A model generated the notes under the pieces. The model saw nothing but the letters and a program-made list of their open reading frames with translations, made no database searches and was not told where the DNA came from. A stretch of DNA of 64,000 nt. Source: Laetmonice hystrix. Its lineage: Eukaryota. The translations under genes were made by a program, and so were the position numbers. Positions 43,914-64,000 of this stretch are shown piece after piece; the stretch's first letter is position 1, and each line of letters begins with the position of its first letter. Location: assembly GCA_965235115.1 (NCBI GenBank), contig OZ249436.1, positions 744,001 through 808,000 on the forward strand. The letters are read 5' to 3'.

Positions 43914-44400
43914 GTTCGTGCTAAATGAGGACAGTCTAGGTGTGTTTCGGTCCCCGTTTGACGGTAAACGACACTTGAACTGGGCTTACCGACCTGTGGG
44001 TCGTGGCCTGGGAGAGGACAGTCTAGGTGTGTTTCGGTCCCCGTTTTACGGTAAACGACACTTGAACTGGGCATACCGAGCTGTGGGTCGTGGCCTGGGA
44101 GCGTTCTTCGTGCTAAATGAGAACAGTTTAGGTGTGTTTCGGTCCCCGTTTGACGGTAAACGACACTTGAACTGGGCTTACCGACCTGTGGGTCGTGGCC
44201 TGGGAGAGGACAGTCTAGGTGTGTTTCGGTCCCCGTTTGACGGTAAACGACACTTGAACTGGGCTTACTGACCTGTGGGTCGTGGTCTGGGAGCGTTCTT
44301 CGTGCTAAATGAGAACAGTTTAGGTGTGTTTCGGTCCCCGTTTGACGGTAAACGACACTTGAACTGGGCATACCGACCTTTGAGTCGTGGCCTGGGAGCG
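43914..44400. repeat. ~87/105-bp alternating tandem repeat, 5 copies
   Basis: aggtgtgtttcggtccccgtttgacggtaaacgacacttgaactgggc. Confidence 0.9.
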
Positions 44401-45496
44401 TAACATGCGGTCAGTTAACTGTGCTTGTTGCCTGTAAAGTAGTAAACTCAAAATAAACTATTTTTATTATTATGTGTCAGAGTGAGGTGAACCCAGCACC
44501 GGTCAGGCCGTCCAACACGTTATTTTCCATGCACTTATAAGAAGCAGGATGGGGAAATACTTTTTAGGGGGGGGGGCTGATTTCCTGGAAATCTGCACTG
44601 TCAAGTCAGGAAATACACGGGCACAAGTTGGGCGCTCGTAGCCCCCCCCCCCCCCCCCCCCCCCCGACCAGAGACGGCCGCCGTCACATGGCACTCCTCC
44701 GTCCCGGCCGTGTTCTCTGTAATTCAGGGTCAGCCGCTGCCGTGTGAAGTGACCCGATCGGTGGTAGACGCACGCACGGATACTGTAACCTGCCATTATG
44801 ACGTCACTGGGGGCGCTGGGGTCAGCGGGTCATGGACGACAGCCGGCGATCAGCTGTCAGCCACGAACTTGCTGCGATTGTTCGCCTGAGGACGTCAGGG
44901 ATGTAAAACATGTTGATGTTATTACCAATCTCCAGACTCTAGTCAACGTTTTAGTTATTCAACAACGATAATCGTCACCAGAGCCAGGGAGGGAGGTGCC
45001 ATGTCAAACTAGAGATTTAAAGGGAATAGAAAAGTTCCTCACTAACGTACCATTGAACACCAGTAACACCATATAAAGTGTCTAAGGTCACACCGATAAG
45101 TGGAACACTGTCAACGGCGACTTTTTAAAAATACCGCCCGGGTCATTCGCTATTTCCCACTCGAGACAGCGGGAGCTATATCTATTAATAGATTGAGATA
45201 AGGGCCAAATAGGGTAAACAAACGAACGAAGCCAGAGGGAGAATGTCTCTACATTTCGGTTGATTATTCCTTTATTAAAGATCAGATAATCACAGAATTG
45301 TAGCTAAGAACAAGCTTGTTCATGCTGAACACCCTTATATTGATAGTTTGAACTTTTCTATTCCCTTTAACGAGTAGCCTACCTTGGCCGGGAAACAATA
45401 GATCCTTCCAGAGGCCGAAATTTGAGAGAAGATGCTGGTCTTGCAGTGGACCACATAGGCATACGAACCGGGGCCGGGGGGGAGGGCGAAATTATT

Positions 45497-46331
45497 ACAA
45501 TTATTACACGCACACCCACAGACAATGATTACACGCACACCCACAGACAATGATTACACGCACACCCACAGACAATGATTACACGCACACCCACAGACAG
45601 TTCACACCCGCACACCCACAGACAATTATTACACGCACACCCACAGACAATTATTACACGCACACCCCCAGACAATTATTACACGCACACCCCCAGACAA
45701 TTATTACACGCACACCCACAGACAATTATTACACGCACACCCACAGACAATTATTACACGCACACCCACAGACAATTATTACACGCACACCCACAGACAA
45801 TTATTACACGCACGCCCACAGACAATTATTACACGCACACCCACAGACAATTATTACACGCACACCCACAGACAATTATTACACGCACACCCACAGACAA
45901 TTATTACACGCACACATCCGCAGACAAATATTACACGCACACCCGCAGACAATTATTACACGCACACCCACAGACAATTATTACACGCACACCCACAGAC
46001 AATTATTACACGCACACCCACAGACAATTATTACACGCACACCCACAGACAATTATTACACGCACACCCACAGACAATTATTACACGCACACCCACAGAC
46101 AATTATTACACGCACACCCACAGACAATTATTACACGCACACCCACAGACAATTATTACACGCACACATCCGCAGACAATGATTACACGCACACCCACAG
46201 ACAATGATTACACGCACACCCACAGACAATTATTACACGCACACCCACAGACAATTATTACACGCACACCCACAGACAATGATTACACGCACACCCACAG
46301 ACAATTATTACACGCACACCCAGAGACAATG
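45497..46331. repeat. 25-bp tandem array, ~33 copies
   Basis: acaattattacacgcacacccacag. Confidence 0.95.
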
Positions 46332-46556
46332 AGCACAGCCACGTGGCTTGACGATATACAAAAAGGCCTCCTGTATTCGTATTGTGAAACTGGAGTTCTC
46401 CCGTAAAATGATAATGATTTCTTGGGTTATTTATTTTGAGTATAAGTCTAGATTAATCCCTTTCTATTGCTAATAGAGATATCTTTAGGGGGTGAATAAA
46501 ACAAAAGATCCCGTAGATACTCAGTCATCCATTCGGTCGGTATCAAGACAAGGCAT

Positions 46557-47172
46557 CTTCCTCTCTCAGTATCAAAGTAAGGACTTCAAGACGTATAACT
46601 TCCTCTCTCAGTATCAAAGTAAGGATTTCAAGACATATAACTTCCTCTCTCAGTATCAAAGTAAGGACTTCAAGACATATAACTTCCTCTCTCAGTATCA
46701 AAGTAAGGACTTCAAGACATATAACTTCCTCCCTCAGTATCAAAGTAAGGACTTCAAGACATATAACTTCCTCCCTCAGTATCAAAGTAAGGACTTCAAG
46801 ACATATAACTTCCTCTCTCAGTATCAAAGTAAGGACTTCAAGACGTATAACTTCCTCTCTCAGTATCAAAGTCAGGACTTCAAGACATATAACTTCCTCT
46901 CTCAGTATCAAAGTAAGGACTTCAAGACATATAACTTCCTCTCTCAGTATCAAAGTAAGGACTTCAAGACATATAACTTCCTCTCTCAGTATCAAAGTAA
47001 GGACTTCAAGACGTATAACTTCCTCTCTCAGTATCAAAGTAAGGACTTCAAGACATATAACTTCCTCTCTCAGTATCAAAGTAAGGACTTCAAGACATAT
47101 AACTTCCTCTCTCAGTATCAAAGTAAGGACTTCAAGACATATAACTTCCTCTCTCAGTATCAAAGTAAGGAC
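46557..47172. repeat. 42-bp tandem array, ~14.5 copies
   Basis: cttcctctctcagtatcaaagtaaggacttcaagacatataa. Confidence 0.96.
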
Positions 47173-47959
47173 ATATTTAAAAATGTCTCACACGGCTAAG
47201 CTGTGTTGTGGCGAGTGTTGAAGTGTGCTCACTTGATACTGACAATTTCGACGTCAAGCCCCCCCCCCCCCCCCCACAAGACGTGGAGCTGTATTCTCAA
47301 ATGGCATTTTCAAAAACAGTCTTTGCTCTTTGGCCCCGGCTCGGAGGTTGCTTGCCAGTAAATGCCATGGCTTGATGTGACGCCCGCGTCATTCAGCCTT
47401 TGAAACGCGGGTAAAAATGAAAGCAGCGAGTGTCGTCGGGGAGTAGATGTAAAGGTTTTTTTAGGGGTGGGTGTTGTTTTTGAATGTTGTTATTGCAGGA
47501 GATCGGATCTCAGTTTTGACGACGTCTCTCCAGTGACCACCCATCTGTCGGGCGTTCAGGATCACATAGCATTACGAAACGTTACAGGCTATAAAGAACG
47601 AAACGTTTCATAACGTATTTGACGCTGAACGCACCCGTTCTCCTATGACCTCTCTGTGCAGGGTCGGATCCAGGGTTTGGGAAAGGGTTGATAACAGGGT
47701 CGATTGAGAAAGCTTTGTTAGAAAAGAAAACAGGGTTTCTCTGACACCCATCCCTTGGATCTGTTGTTAGGCTGAAATATATGAGGCTTTATATATGTTG
47801 AAAGTATAGAGTGAAGTTCTTCTCCCTCTCCCTGCAGCTACAGAGAAAGGGAATATACTGTTCACGGTTAAAGACTTAAGTAATTAGTTCCAGAGGGTTT
47901 ACAGATCTGGCAGCTGGTAGCTAATTCTTCACATTATGCATACCTAACATAGCAAAACT

Positions 47960-48448
47960 CACCAAGCACGCAAACAGCCAAAACCCACCGAGCACGCAAA
48001 CAGCCAAACCCCACCGAGCACGCAAACAGCCAGAACCCACCGAGCACGCAAACAGCCAGAACCCACCGAGCACGCAAACAGCCAGAACCCACCGAGCACG
48101 CAAACAGCCAAACCCCACCGAGCACGCAAACAGCCAGAACCCCACCGAGCACGCAAACAGCCAAACCCCACCGAGCACGGAAACGGCCAGGACCCACCGA
48201 GCACGCAAACAGCCAAAACCCACCGAGCGCGCAAACAGCCAAACCCCACCGAGCACGCAAACAGCCAAACCCCACCGAGCACGCAAACAGCCAAAACCCA
48301 CCGAGCACGCAAACAGCCAAACCCCACCGAGCACGCAAACAGCCAAACCCCACCGAGCACGCAAACAGCCAAAACCCACCGAGCACGCAAACAGCCAAAA
48401 CCCACCGAGCACGCAAACAACCAGAACCCACCGAGCACGCAAACAGCC
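47960..48448. repeat. 28/29-bp tandem array, ~17 copies
   Basis: ccaccgagcacgcaaacagccaaaac. Confidence 0.95.
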
Positions 48449-49316
48449 GAAAGTCCACTCATTTTTTCACCTCTGAAATCAATGCCCACTTGACTGAACA
48501 GTGTACCTGTTGACTTGCACGGTGTGCGATGTCGGCTTATCGACCAGCAGCTATTTCAGAGGTACCGATTTGCCGGGCCGTGATGCGGTCTCTTTCAAAC
48601 GAGGGGGTGGGTGGGAGTAGGCACATCATCTGGGGGTACAGAGCCCCCCCCCTCCCCCTTGCCAAGATAAAGCCAGTATTTTACGAGAGTATATTGTTAA
48701 TCCACAGCCTGTGTGGCTCGCTTTGCTGATTTGTTAACTGGAGAATAACGGTAAACATCAGAGATAGATGTCAATTTTAACGTGTCTTTCTGCCCCTTGA
48801 TGGAATAGTTACACGTCCTTTCATCGTTTCTAGTTCACATTCCTTGGGTACGTTGCTATTTTTAGACTCTGGTCCTCTGTAATTGTATCTGAGTACAATG
48901 TGATTTACGTTATATCTGACATGGATGATTCAGGGATGGATATTACTGTTCAGACTAGGGTTTTTTTTATAAGAGTACCTTTACTTTGCACCGACCGGTG
49001 AGAATTCCACGAATATTGATTGATGTTTAGACGACAATGATGCAAATGTTTGAACCTTGTCACTCGCCCTGCCAAACTAATTATATTCCATGACTGAATC
49101 GACCTACTGGTCTTGGAAAACGACCAAATTTTGTTCATTTGGGTTCCTATGATAAAAAAAAATTCAGAGAAACCCTAGGGGAGGGGGTTAACACCCAACG
49201 CATGTTTTTTTTGTGATTCAAAAGCCAGACATTTCCGTATGTACACTTTTTTTTTTTGGGGGGGGGGTCATCGAAAAGGGTACTCTTTGTACGCTTGTGG
49301 AAAGGTTGAGCCACCA

Positions 49317-49590
49317 CTAAATGTGTTATAATTTGTTTGTGTTGACAGATTGCTAAATGTGTTATATGTTGACAGATCGCTAAATGTGTATTTACAGATT
49401 GTTAATGTGTTATTTGTTTATGTTTACAGATTGCTAAATGTGTTATATGTTGTATATGTTTACAGATGCTAAATGTGTTAGATGTTGTTTATGTTGACAG
49501 ATCGCTAAATGTGTATTGACAGATTGTTAATGTGTTATTTGTTTATGTTTACAGATTGCTAAATGTGTTATATGTTGTTTATGTTGACAG
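49317..49590 (+). repeat. Degenerate 22-36-bp array ending exactly at the exon 5 acceptor, 9 ACAG copies
   Basis: (gctaaatgtgttat...tgtt(g/t)acag at)n. Confidence 0.85.
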
Positions 49591-49870
49591 GGTAAAGAGG
49601 TGATAGAGTATTACATCAATGAGCTCCTATCTCAAGGAATCACCTACATCCCACGGTGGGCGGACATTAACAAGGACAAGGTTAAGGGAGTGGAAGGAAC
49701 GCCTGAGGTGACGGTAGAGGGCGCTGAGGGCGGGTCGGAGACGTCGGAGGCGTGTGTTAGCGGCTTGTCCCGTGAACGGAGTGGTAGTACAAGCAGTAAG
49801 AGTAGCTCCAGTCTTCAGCTTGGAGCCACCGCTGCAACCATGACAACCGAACATGTGGGACTGTCCACAG
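49591..49870 (+). CDS. SEC14L1: Coding exon 5 (GKEVIEYYINELLSQGITYIPRW plus Ser/Thr-rich linker)
   Basis: ttgacag|GGT ... ACA G|gtaggc; 280 nt, ends phase 1 matching exon 6. Confidence 0.88.
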
Positions 49871-50664
49871 GTAGGCAGCAGGAGAAGGTCATGGGGTCAA
49901 ATGTTTGGCTAGTCAGGGGGACAATTTACTGCATAGTTTGTTTTGTTTCCCATGTAATTGAGCATTTTATTTCACAGTACAAGTGGCTTAACCAATGATG
50001 AGTAACTTTAGGGCCGAAGAACCATATAGCGAGCCATCCAAAATTGGGTTATTTTAGGACGAACGGTCTCTAAGTTTTTAATATCCTGTGGCACCCTGAT
50101 GAAAAAGCAATAAAAAAATCCTCTTAGCATCCACAGCTTTGGGATTTAAAGTTGGCCCAATATAGCATAAACATATCGTGATTTTGTACAGCACGTGACA
50201 ACCTTTTGTCCGAATATGAAAAACGTGCCGGATGGTCCACAATGGTTCCTGGGTCCTTTATTAAAGTTATATAGCACAAGCCCATTGTGCCGAGGTTTCT
50301 AACAGTTTGTGACTGACATTAACCGGTATCAGTGAAAGACAAAGTTGCCTCCACTTTCTGTGGTCTGTGACTGGGGACGACGGACTAGCTCTCTGAGTAT
50401 CGACAGGAGAGGGTCACCTTCAGAAAGCTTGTTTTTTATTTAGGCCGTCAACCGGAAAGTAATCGACATGTCATATTAGACATCAGAGTCGTCTTCTATT
50501 GATTTCTGTGTCCTCTCATCTTAGAGTGTCTCAGTCTACAGGGCGTGGTAAATCACGGCAGTATGCGGCAAACACCACAGCTTCCTTACATAACGGTACA
50601 ATCCCTATGGTAAAACAGCCACCAAATCTGGGAGTAAAAACTAAAAAACTGGTTGTATTCCAAC

Positions 50665-51396
50665 CCCCAAACCGGACACAAATCTCCTAGTTACAGTACT
50701 TAAACCTGCCACAAATCTCCTAGTCTCAGTCCCCAAACCGGACACAAATCTCCTAGTTGTACTTAAACCTGACACAAATCTCCTAGTCTCAGTCCCCAAA
50801 CCGGACACAAATCTCCTAGTTACAGTACAGTACTCAAACCTGACACAAATCTCCTAGTCTCAGTCCCCAAACCTGACACAAATCTCCTAGTCTCAGTCCC
50901 CAAACCTGACACAAATCTCCTAGTCTCGGTCCCCAAACCTGACACAAATCTCCTAGTCTCGGTCCCCAAACCTGACACAAATCTCCTTGTTACAGTACTC
51001 AAACCTGACACAAATCTCCTAGTCTCAGTCCCCAAACCGGACACAAATCTCCTAGTTACAGTACTCAAACCTGACACAAATCTCCTAGTCTCAGTCCCCA
51101 AACCGGACACAAATCTCCTAGTTACAGTACTCAAACCGGACACAAATCTCCTAGTTACAGTACTCAAACCTGACACAAATCTCCTAGTTACAGTACTTAA
51201 ACCTGACACAAATCTCCTAGTCTCAGTCCCCAAACCTGACACAAATCTCCTAGTTCCAGCCCCCAAACCTGACACAAATCTCCTAGTTACAGTACTTAAA
51301 CCTGACACAAATCTCCTAGTCTCAGTCCCCAAACCTGACACAAATCTCCTAGTTCCAGCCCCCAAACCTGACACGAATCTCCTAGTCTCAGTCCCC
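50665..51396. repeat. 33-bp tandem array with two interspersed unit types, ~22 copies
   Basis: aaacctgacacaaatctcctagt followed by ctcagtcccc or tacagtactc. Confidence 0.93.
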
Positions 51397-51522
51397 CCCC
51401 CCCCCCCCACACACACACACAATCAAACTGGCACACTTCCGTCGTCTGCGCACGCAGTTTGGAGAAAACCACTAAAGTTCCAAACATGAAAAGATAGCAG
51501 AAAACAGGTGTAGGAAATGGCT

Positions 51523-52013
51523 GTACACCTGTAGTTTGTATGTTATAATGTAACAACAAGTCGGATACAAACCAAGAGATCAAAGGCTAAATGTACACCT
51601 GTAGTTTGTATGTTATAATGTAACAACAAGTCGGATACAAACCAAGAGATCAGAGGCTAAATGTACACCTGTAGTTTGTATGTTATAATGTAACAACAAG
51701 TCGGATACAAACCAAGAGATCAAAGGCTAAATGTACACCTGTAGTTTGTATGTTATAATGTAACAACAAGTCGGATACAAACCAAGACATCAAAGGCTAA
51801 ATGTACACCTGTAGTTTGTATGTTATAATGTAACAACAAGTCGGATACAAACCAAGAGATCAAAGACTAAATGTACACCTGTTGTTTGTATGTTATAATG
51901 TAAGAACAAGTCGGATACAAACCAAGACATCAAAGGCTAAATGTACACCTGTAGTTTGTATGTTATAATGTAACAACAAGTCGGATACAAACCAAGAGAT
52001 CAAAGGCTAAATG
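51523..52013. repeat. 70-bp tandem array, 7 copies
   Basis: tgtacacctgtagtttgtatgttataatgtaacaacaagtcggatac... Confidence 0.95.
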
Positions 52014-52992
52014 ATCTGGGACTCAAACTGCCGACTTGACAGCAACTTGTCATCTTTACCGTTAGATTTTAAGGCTGACAAGCACTGCTTCAACTTAAAC
52101 TCATCCTTTCTTCAAAATGAAATGGAGAAGTGTCGGTAAAAGTTTCAAAGGAAAAGTCGATGCAGTCAGACGCAATACTGAAATAAACAAAGGCGTTGGT
52201 TAACGTAAAGTACGGCATTGCACACAAAACAGATACAGTCATGTTGACGCCAAGGTACTGGGCATACATCTTAAGAGCATAGGCCTGTTCCGAAATTAGT
52301 TTGTTTGAGGGGGGGGGGGGGGATAAATCGGGGAATACACAGGGGTTAAACCAGATATTTCACTAGGTTTGGAATATATTTCGATCTCTGACATTGAAAA
52401 TGAGTGTGGCTGTAGAACCCCAAGTCTCGCGTTGTGTGGACCTATCCTGCTATACCAGGATAACAAAAGAATGTTATCAAGTGTTCACCTGTCTGGTATT
52501 GTGTTATCCTCCTCAAAGCGTCTTGGAAGTACTGTGTCTCTGCCGTACAGGTCGACATGATGAATGATTCACTGTCTGACCTTGAAAGGTCAAGGCTTTA
52601 ACCCCAAGTCACCTGTAACCTGAGGCTTACCATAGCACGGAGGTAATATGTTAACCTCAGTCGAACCAGCATCATACCTACCTATAGGTATCTCTTCTAA
52701 CTCCGCTGAGATCAATACCACGCCAGGATCTAGACGCCTTGGGACAAGCTTTCATTTAGACTAAGTAATGAGGTTTTCCAGCATGTTTACGGCAAACAAG
52801 TGATTGGACAATGTCTCTGTAGACGGTCTTTGTTCTACACAAACTTCAAAACGTACCGTACGGCGGGTACTTGATACATGATAGATATGTATCACAGGTA
52901 CTTGATACAGTGAGGATCCTAAACATGGTTACTTATTAAAATGTTTGAAGGCAGCTAGGTGCACTGAGAGACGTCATAGAACCATTCTGTGA

Positions 52993-53211
<219 letters not shown>

Positions 53212-53586
53212 TAGTTTATTGCTCAAGGCATCCCTTAATCAGAACCTGTTGACGAAAGATTACAGTTTGATGGATTAAGGAGACTGACAGGTACTTTCTC
53301 CAGTTTCAAATGCTTGATTTACGATCCATGTTAAAATATTTAAAAGTTTCAAAATGATTGGTTATAAAAAAAAATACCCATATATAAAACACAAAATCGG
53401 CGCCATTAGAGGTTTTCTTGCAGGCCTGTTTTCAGAGGCAGACTCCCCCACCCCTAAAAATTAATTACTCCCCACAAAATTGTCTGGCTTAATTTTATTT
53501 ATTGAAATCCTCACGGAAACTCCACCTAAGTCTTGATCCTGATTCTTACGACCCAAGCAGAGAAACATTCACCAAGTAGTAGCTGA

Positions 53587-57014
<3,428 letters not shown>

Positions 57015-57094
57015 GGCGATGAATCTCTGTGGCCGGGCTCAGTTGTGTCGTGAACAAAAACAAACGTCAGTATGATTTGTGTCGTGAACAAAAA

Positions 57095-58687
<1,593 letters not shown>

Positions 58688-58691
<4 letters not shown>

Positions 58692-59528
58692 AGAAACCTC
58701 CATCCTGGAAGGCTGCACTCCATACCTCCGGCCCATCCCAGGTCAGCCGTACCCAGAAACCTCCATCCTGGAAGGCTGCACTCCATACCTCCGACCCATC
58801 CCAGGTCAGCCGTACCCAGAAACCTCCATCCTGGAAGGCTGCACTCCATACCTCCGGCCCATCCCAGGTCAGCCGTACCCAGAAACCTCCATCCTGGAAG
58901 GCTGCACTCCATACCTCCGGCCCATCCCAGGTCAGCCGTACCCAGAAACCTCCATCCTGGAAGGCTGCACTCCATACCTCCGGCCCATCAGCCGTACCCA
59001 GAAACCTCCATCCTGGAAGGCTGCACTCCATACCTCCGGCCCATCCCAGGTCAGCCGGACCCAGAAACCTCCATCCTGGAAGGCTGCACTCCATACCTCC
59101 GGCCCATCCCAGGTCAGCCGGACCCAGAAACCTCCATCCTGGAAGGCTGCACTCCATACCTCCGGCCCATCCCAGGTCAGCCGTACCCAGAAACCTCCAT
59201 CCTGGAAGGCTGCACTCCATACCTCCGGCCCATCCCAGGTCAGCCGTACCCAGAAACCTCCATCCTGGAAGGCTGCACTCCATACCTCCGGCCCATCCCA
59301 GGTCAGCCGGACCCAGAAACCTCCATCCTGGAAGGCTGCACTCCATACCTCCGGCCCATCCCAGGTCAGCCGTACCCAGAAACCTCCATCCTGGAAGGCT
59401 GCACTCCATACCTCCGGCCCATCCCAGGTCAGCCGGACCCAGAAACCTCCTGGAAGGCTGCACTCCATACCTCCGACCCATCCCAGGTCAGCGGGACCCA
59501 GAAACCTCCATCCTGGAAGGCTGCACTA
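58688..59528. repeat. 63-bp tandem array, ~13 copies
   Basis: acccagaaacctccatcctggaaggctgcactccatacctccggcccatcccaggtcagccgt. Confidence 0.95.
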
Positions 59529-59803
59529 CTCAGACAACCCAATCTGTTAATGGTGCTGGGTCACCGCCAGGGGTCACCCCCAGGGGTTACCGCCAGGGGG
59601 CGCTCCTGACCGGAGCCCAGGTGTGGGAACCCGCTGGAAGCAGTGGGGAGGGGGGGGGGGGGGGTGCCAGGAAGAGCTCCCTCTACCGGCATAAACTATC
59701 AAAGGATGCTAGGTAAACAGGGATAGGAGTCGTTTCGACTTTGAGAATCTCTATTCCCATTCGTGTTTTGTTCTAAACATGAGGACGTGATGGTTTGTTG
59801 CAG

Positions 59804-59874
59804 GTACTGGCTGTGAACGAAGAAGGCCTGCGGAGGTGTGAAGAGGCGACAAAACTGAGGGGATATCCAGTTAC
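59804..59874 (+). CDS. SEC14L1: Coding exon 9 (VLAVNEEGLRRCEEATKLRGYPVT); absent from the ORF track
   Basis: ttgcag|GTA ... AC|gtaagt; 71 nt. Confidence 0.93.
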
Positions 59875-60131
59875 GTAAGTCTTTCCTCTATCTCACCTTG
59901 AGCCCTTCTCACCGAGTTCTCAGTACGCGGGACTGTAAATATTGGTAGTTATAAATATCGATAGTTATAAAGTGGCCATAAATTTTGGTATTTCTAGATG
60001 TTATTAGATCCCCTGGAAGAGGGGAATTTTTCAGTTTTACAGGTAATCCTAGATTAGGGATTATTATAGATTATAAATGCCTTTTGAAATGTTGCATTGA
60101 TTGTGAATTATTGACGAGTCTGGCCACCTAG

Positions 60132-62446
<2,315 letters not shown>

Positions 62447-62674
62447 TGACACAGGCATCGGTCAGAGAATACAAACATGTCTCATTGTGTTGACCCTTTG
62501 ATATCTCTGGTATCATTGAAACATCTCCTGAGATATCAAAGGATTAGGTCAAAGTTATTACTAGTTTGATGCATTAATGGATGAAAACAATCGGTGAAAA
62601 AATCCTAGGCAAGCTGAAAGAGTTCACCTTAACATGACAAGCTCCCCCAACGTGATGTTCTGACCCTGTTACAG

Positions 62675-62821
62675 TGTGATGTGCCCGAGGGAGGAATCGT
62701 ACCGAAGAGTCTGTACGCCGTGGACGACGAACTGGACAAGGATCGGTCACCTGAGGATTCTCACTTCTGTACAGACTCACTCTATCACACCGCCTACGTC
62801 CACAAAGACTTCCCTCACGAG
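62675..62821 (+). CDS. SEC14L1: Coding exon 11 (CDVPEGGIVPKSLY...DFPHE)
   Basis: ttacag|TGT ... GAG|gtaggt; 147 nt. Confidence 0.93.
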
Positions 62822-62857
62822 GTAGGTCGTCAACAAAACACCTATTCTTCTAACCTT

Positions 62858-63203
62858 TGTCCTGGGTGGGGCCAGGGGCTGTGAAGGCAGGAGTTGTTTC
62901 TGTCCTGGGTGGGGCCAGGGGCTGTGAAGGCAGGAGTTGTTTCTGTCCTGGGTGGGGCCAGGGACTGTGAAGGCAGGAGTTGTTTCTGTCCTGGGTGGGG
63001 CCAGGGGCTGTGAAGGCAGGAGTTGTTTCTGTCCTGGGTGGGGCCAGGGACTGTGAAGGCAGGAGTTGTTTCTGTCCTGGGTGGGGCCAGGGGCTGTGAA
63101 GGCAGGAGTTGTTTCTGTCCTGGGTGGGGCCAGGGGCTGTGAAGGCAGGAGTTGTTTCTGTCCTGGGTGGGGCCAGGGGCTGTGAAGGCAGGAGTTGTTT
63201 CTG
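62858..63203. repeat. 43-bp tandem array, 8 copies (intron 11)
   Basis: tgtcctgggtggggccaggggctgtgaaggcaggagttgtttc. Confidence 0.95.
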
Positions 63204-63279
63204 AGATGACAGAAGGAATCAGTCTGATGTAAACAATCTGATCCATTCAATGTTTTATCCTTGTGATGGTGGTTTCCAG

Positions 63280-63525
63280 GTACTGGTCCAGGTGCCACAA
63301 AAAGGTTGCGTCATCACGTGGGACTTTGACATTCTGAAGGGTGACGTGACATTTACCGTCCTGCGCAGTCGGCGTACGATGACAGCGACCCCCCACGAAC
63401 ATCACGTGAGCGGTGCTATTGGTGGCATTGGCTCCACTCAGTACGTCGATAAACATATGACGGTCGGCGTTGATATCAGCATCGTCGAGCCCCCTCTGGT
63501 GTGCAGGGACGGAGACAGTATCCAG
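63280..63525 (+). CDS. SEC14L1: Coding exon 12 (VLVQVPQKGCVITWDFDILKGDV...GDSIQ), GOLD domain
   Basis: ttccag|GTA ... CAG|gtcagt; 246 nt. Confidence 0.94.
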
Positions 63526-63730
63526 GTCAGTTCACCGTACTCCCACCAGACGGCAGCACAGCACTGATTGGACTAGATCACAAAATGATGCATGGTTCCT
63601 CAGTGGCTGGACATATTCTGTCCGAAAGAAAGAAGACATTATTTTTAATTTTTCCTACTGATGTTCTGAGTTGAATAGGAAGTGTGGGACATATCATTAA
63701 CCTCGTTACCTGACCTTGACTTGTTTGTAG

Positions 63731-63873
63731 GGTTCTCATGTGACAAGTCAGTCTGGCTCCTACATTCTACAGTGGCGATACTTCGACTCAGCCAAAACGT
63801 CCTTCGACATCCTCTCAACTCACAAGTCGAAGGTCATGTATTACACGGAGCTGCTGCCCTCGGAACAGTTCCG
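63731..63873 (+). CDS. SEC14L1: Coding exon 13 (GSHVTSQSGSYILQW...KVMYYTELLPSEQFR), GOLD domain; different frame from the ORF track entry
   Basis: ttgtag|GGT ... CG|gtaggt; 143 nt; no stop, so a further exon is expected. Confidence 0.92.
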
Positions 63874-64000
63874 GTAGGTCATCAAGCACGTCAATATACT
63901 GAATGGTAACAAAATGCAGAGTGAATATTGTAGACATGAGCAGTCCAATGTCTACATGTTTTTGAGACACGCTGTGTCGGAATCATCACGTCTCATCTCG

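Noticed and set aside
47659..47762. Possible MITE with ggatcc-containing ends (similar G/C-run fragments near 24693, 43820, 44640)
   Set aside because: Inverted repeats too degraded and no target-site duplication that I could define

Overview
Animal genomic DNA with GT-AG introns (probably an invertebrate such as a mollusc; that is inference), not prokaryotic. It holds two + strand genes. The first is the terminal coding exon of an unidentified protein with three PPxY motifs (5610-6436). The second is 13 coding exons (12947-63873, 2066 nt, phases consistent by hand) of a SEC14L1/real-time orthologue with PRELI/MSF1, CRAL-TRIO and GOLD domains; its last exon lies beyond the window. About 41 kb (my rough sum, ~65%) is made of ~35 unrelated tandem arrays with 21-120 bp units, the largest 11.7 kb. 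These arrays explain nearly all long ORFs in the track. The most notable structure is that six repeats contain the gene's own splice sites, placing well over 100 intact decoy donors or acceptors in the pre-mRNA. In three arrays the unit can be parsed as a frame-preserving micro-exon plus a GT...AG spacer. Array boundaries and copy numbers are manual estimates.
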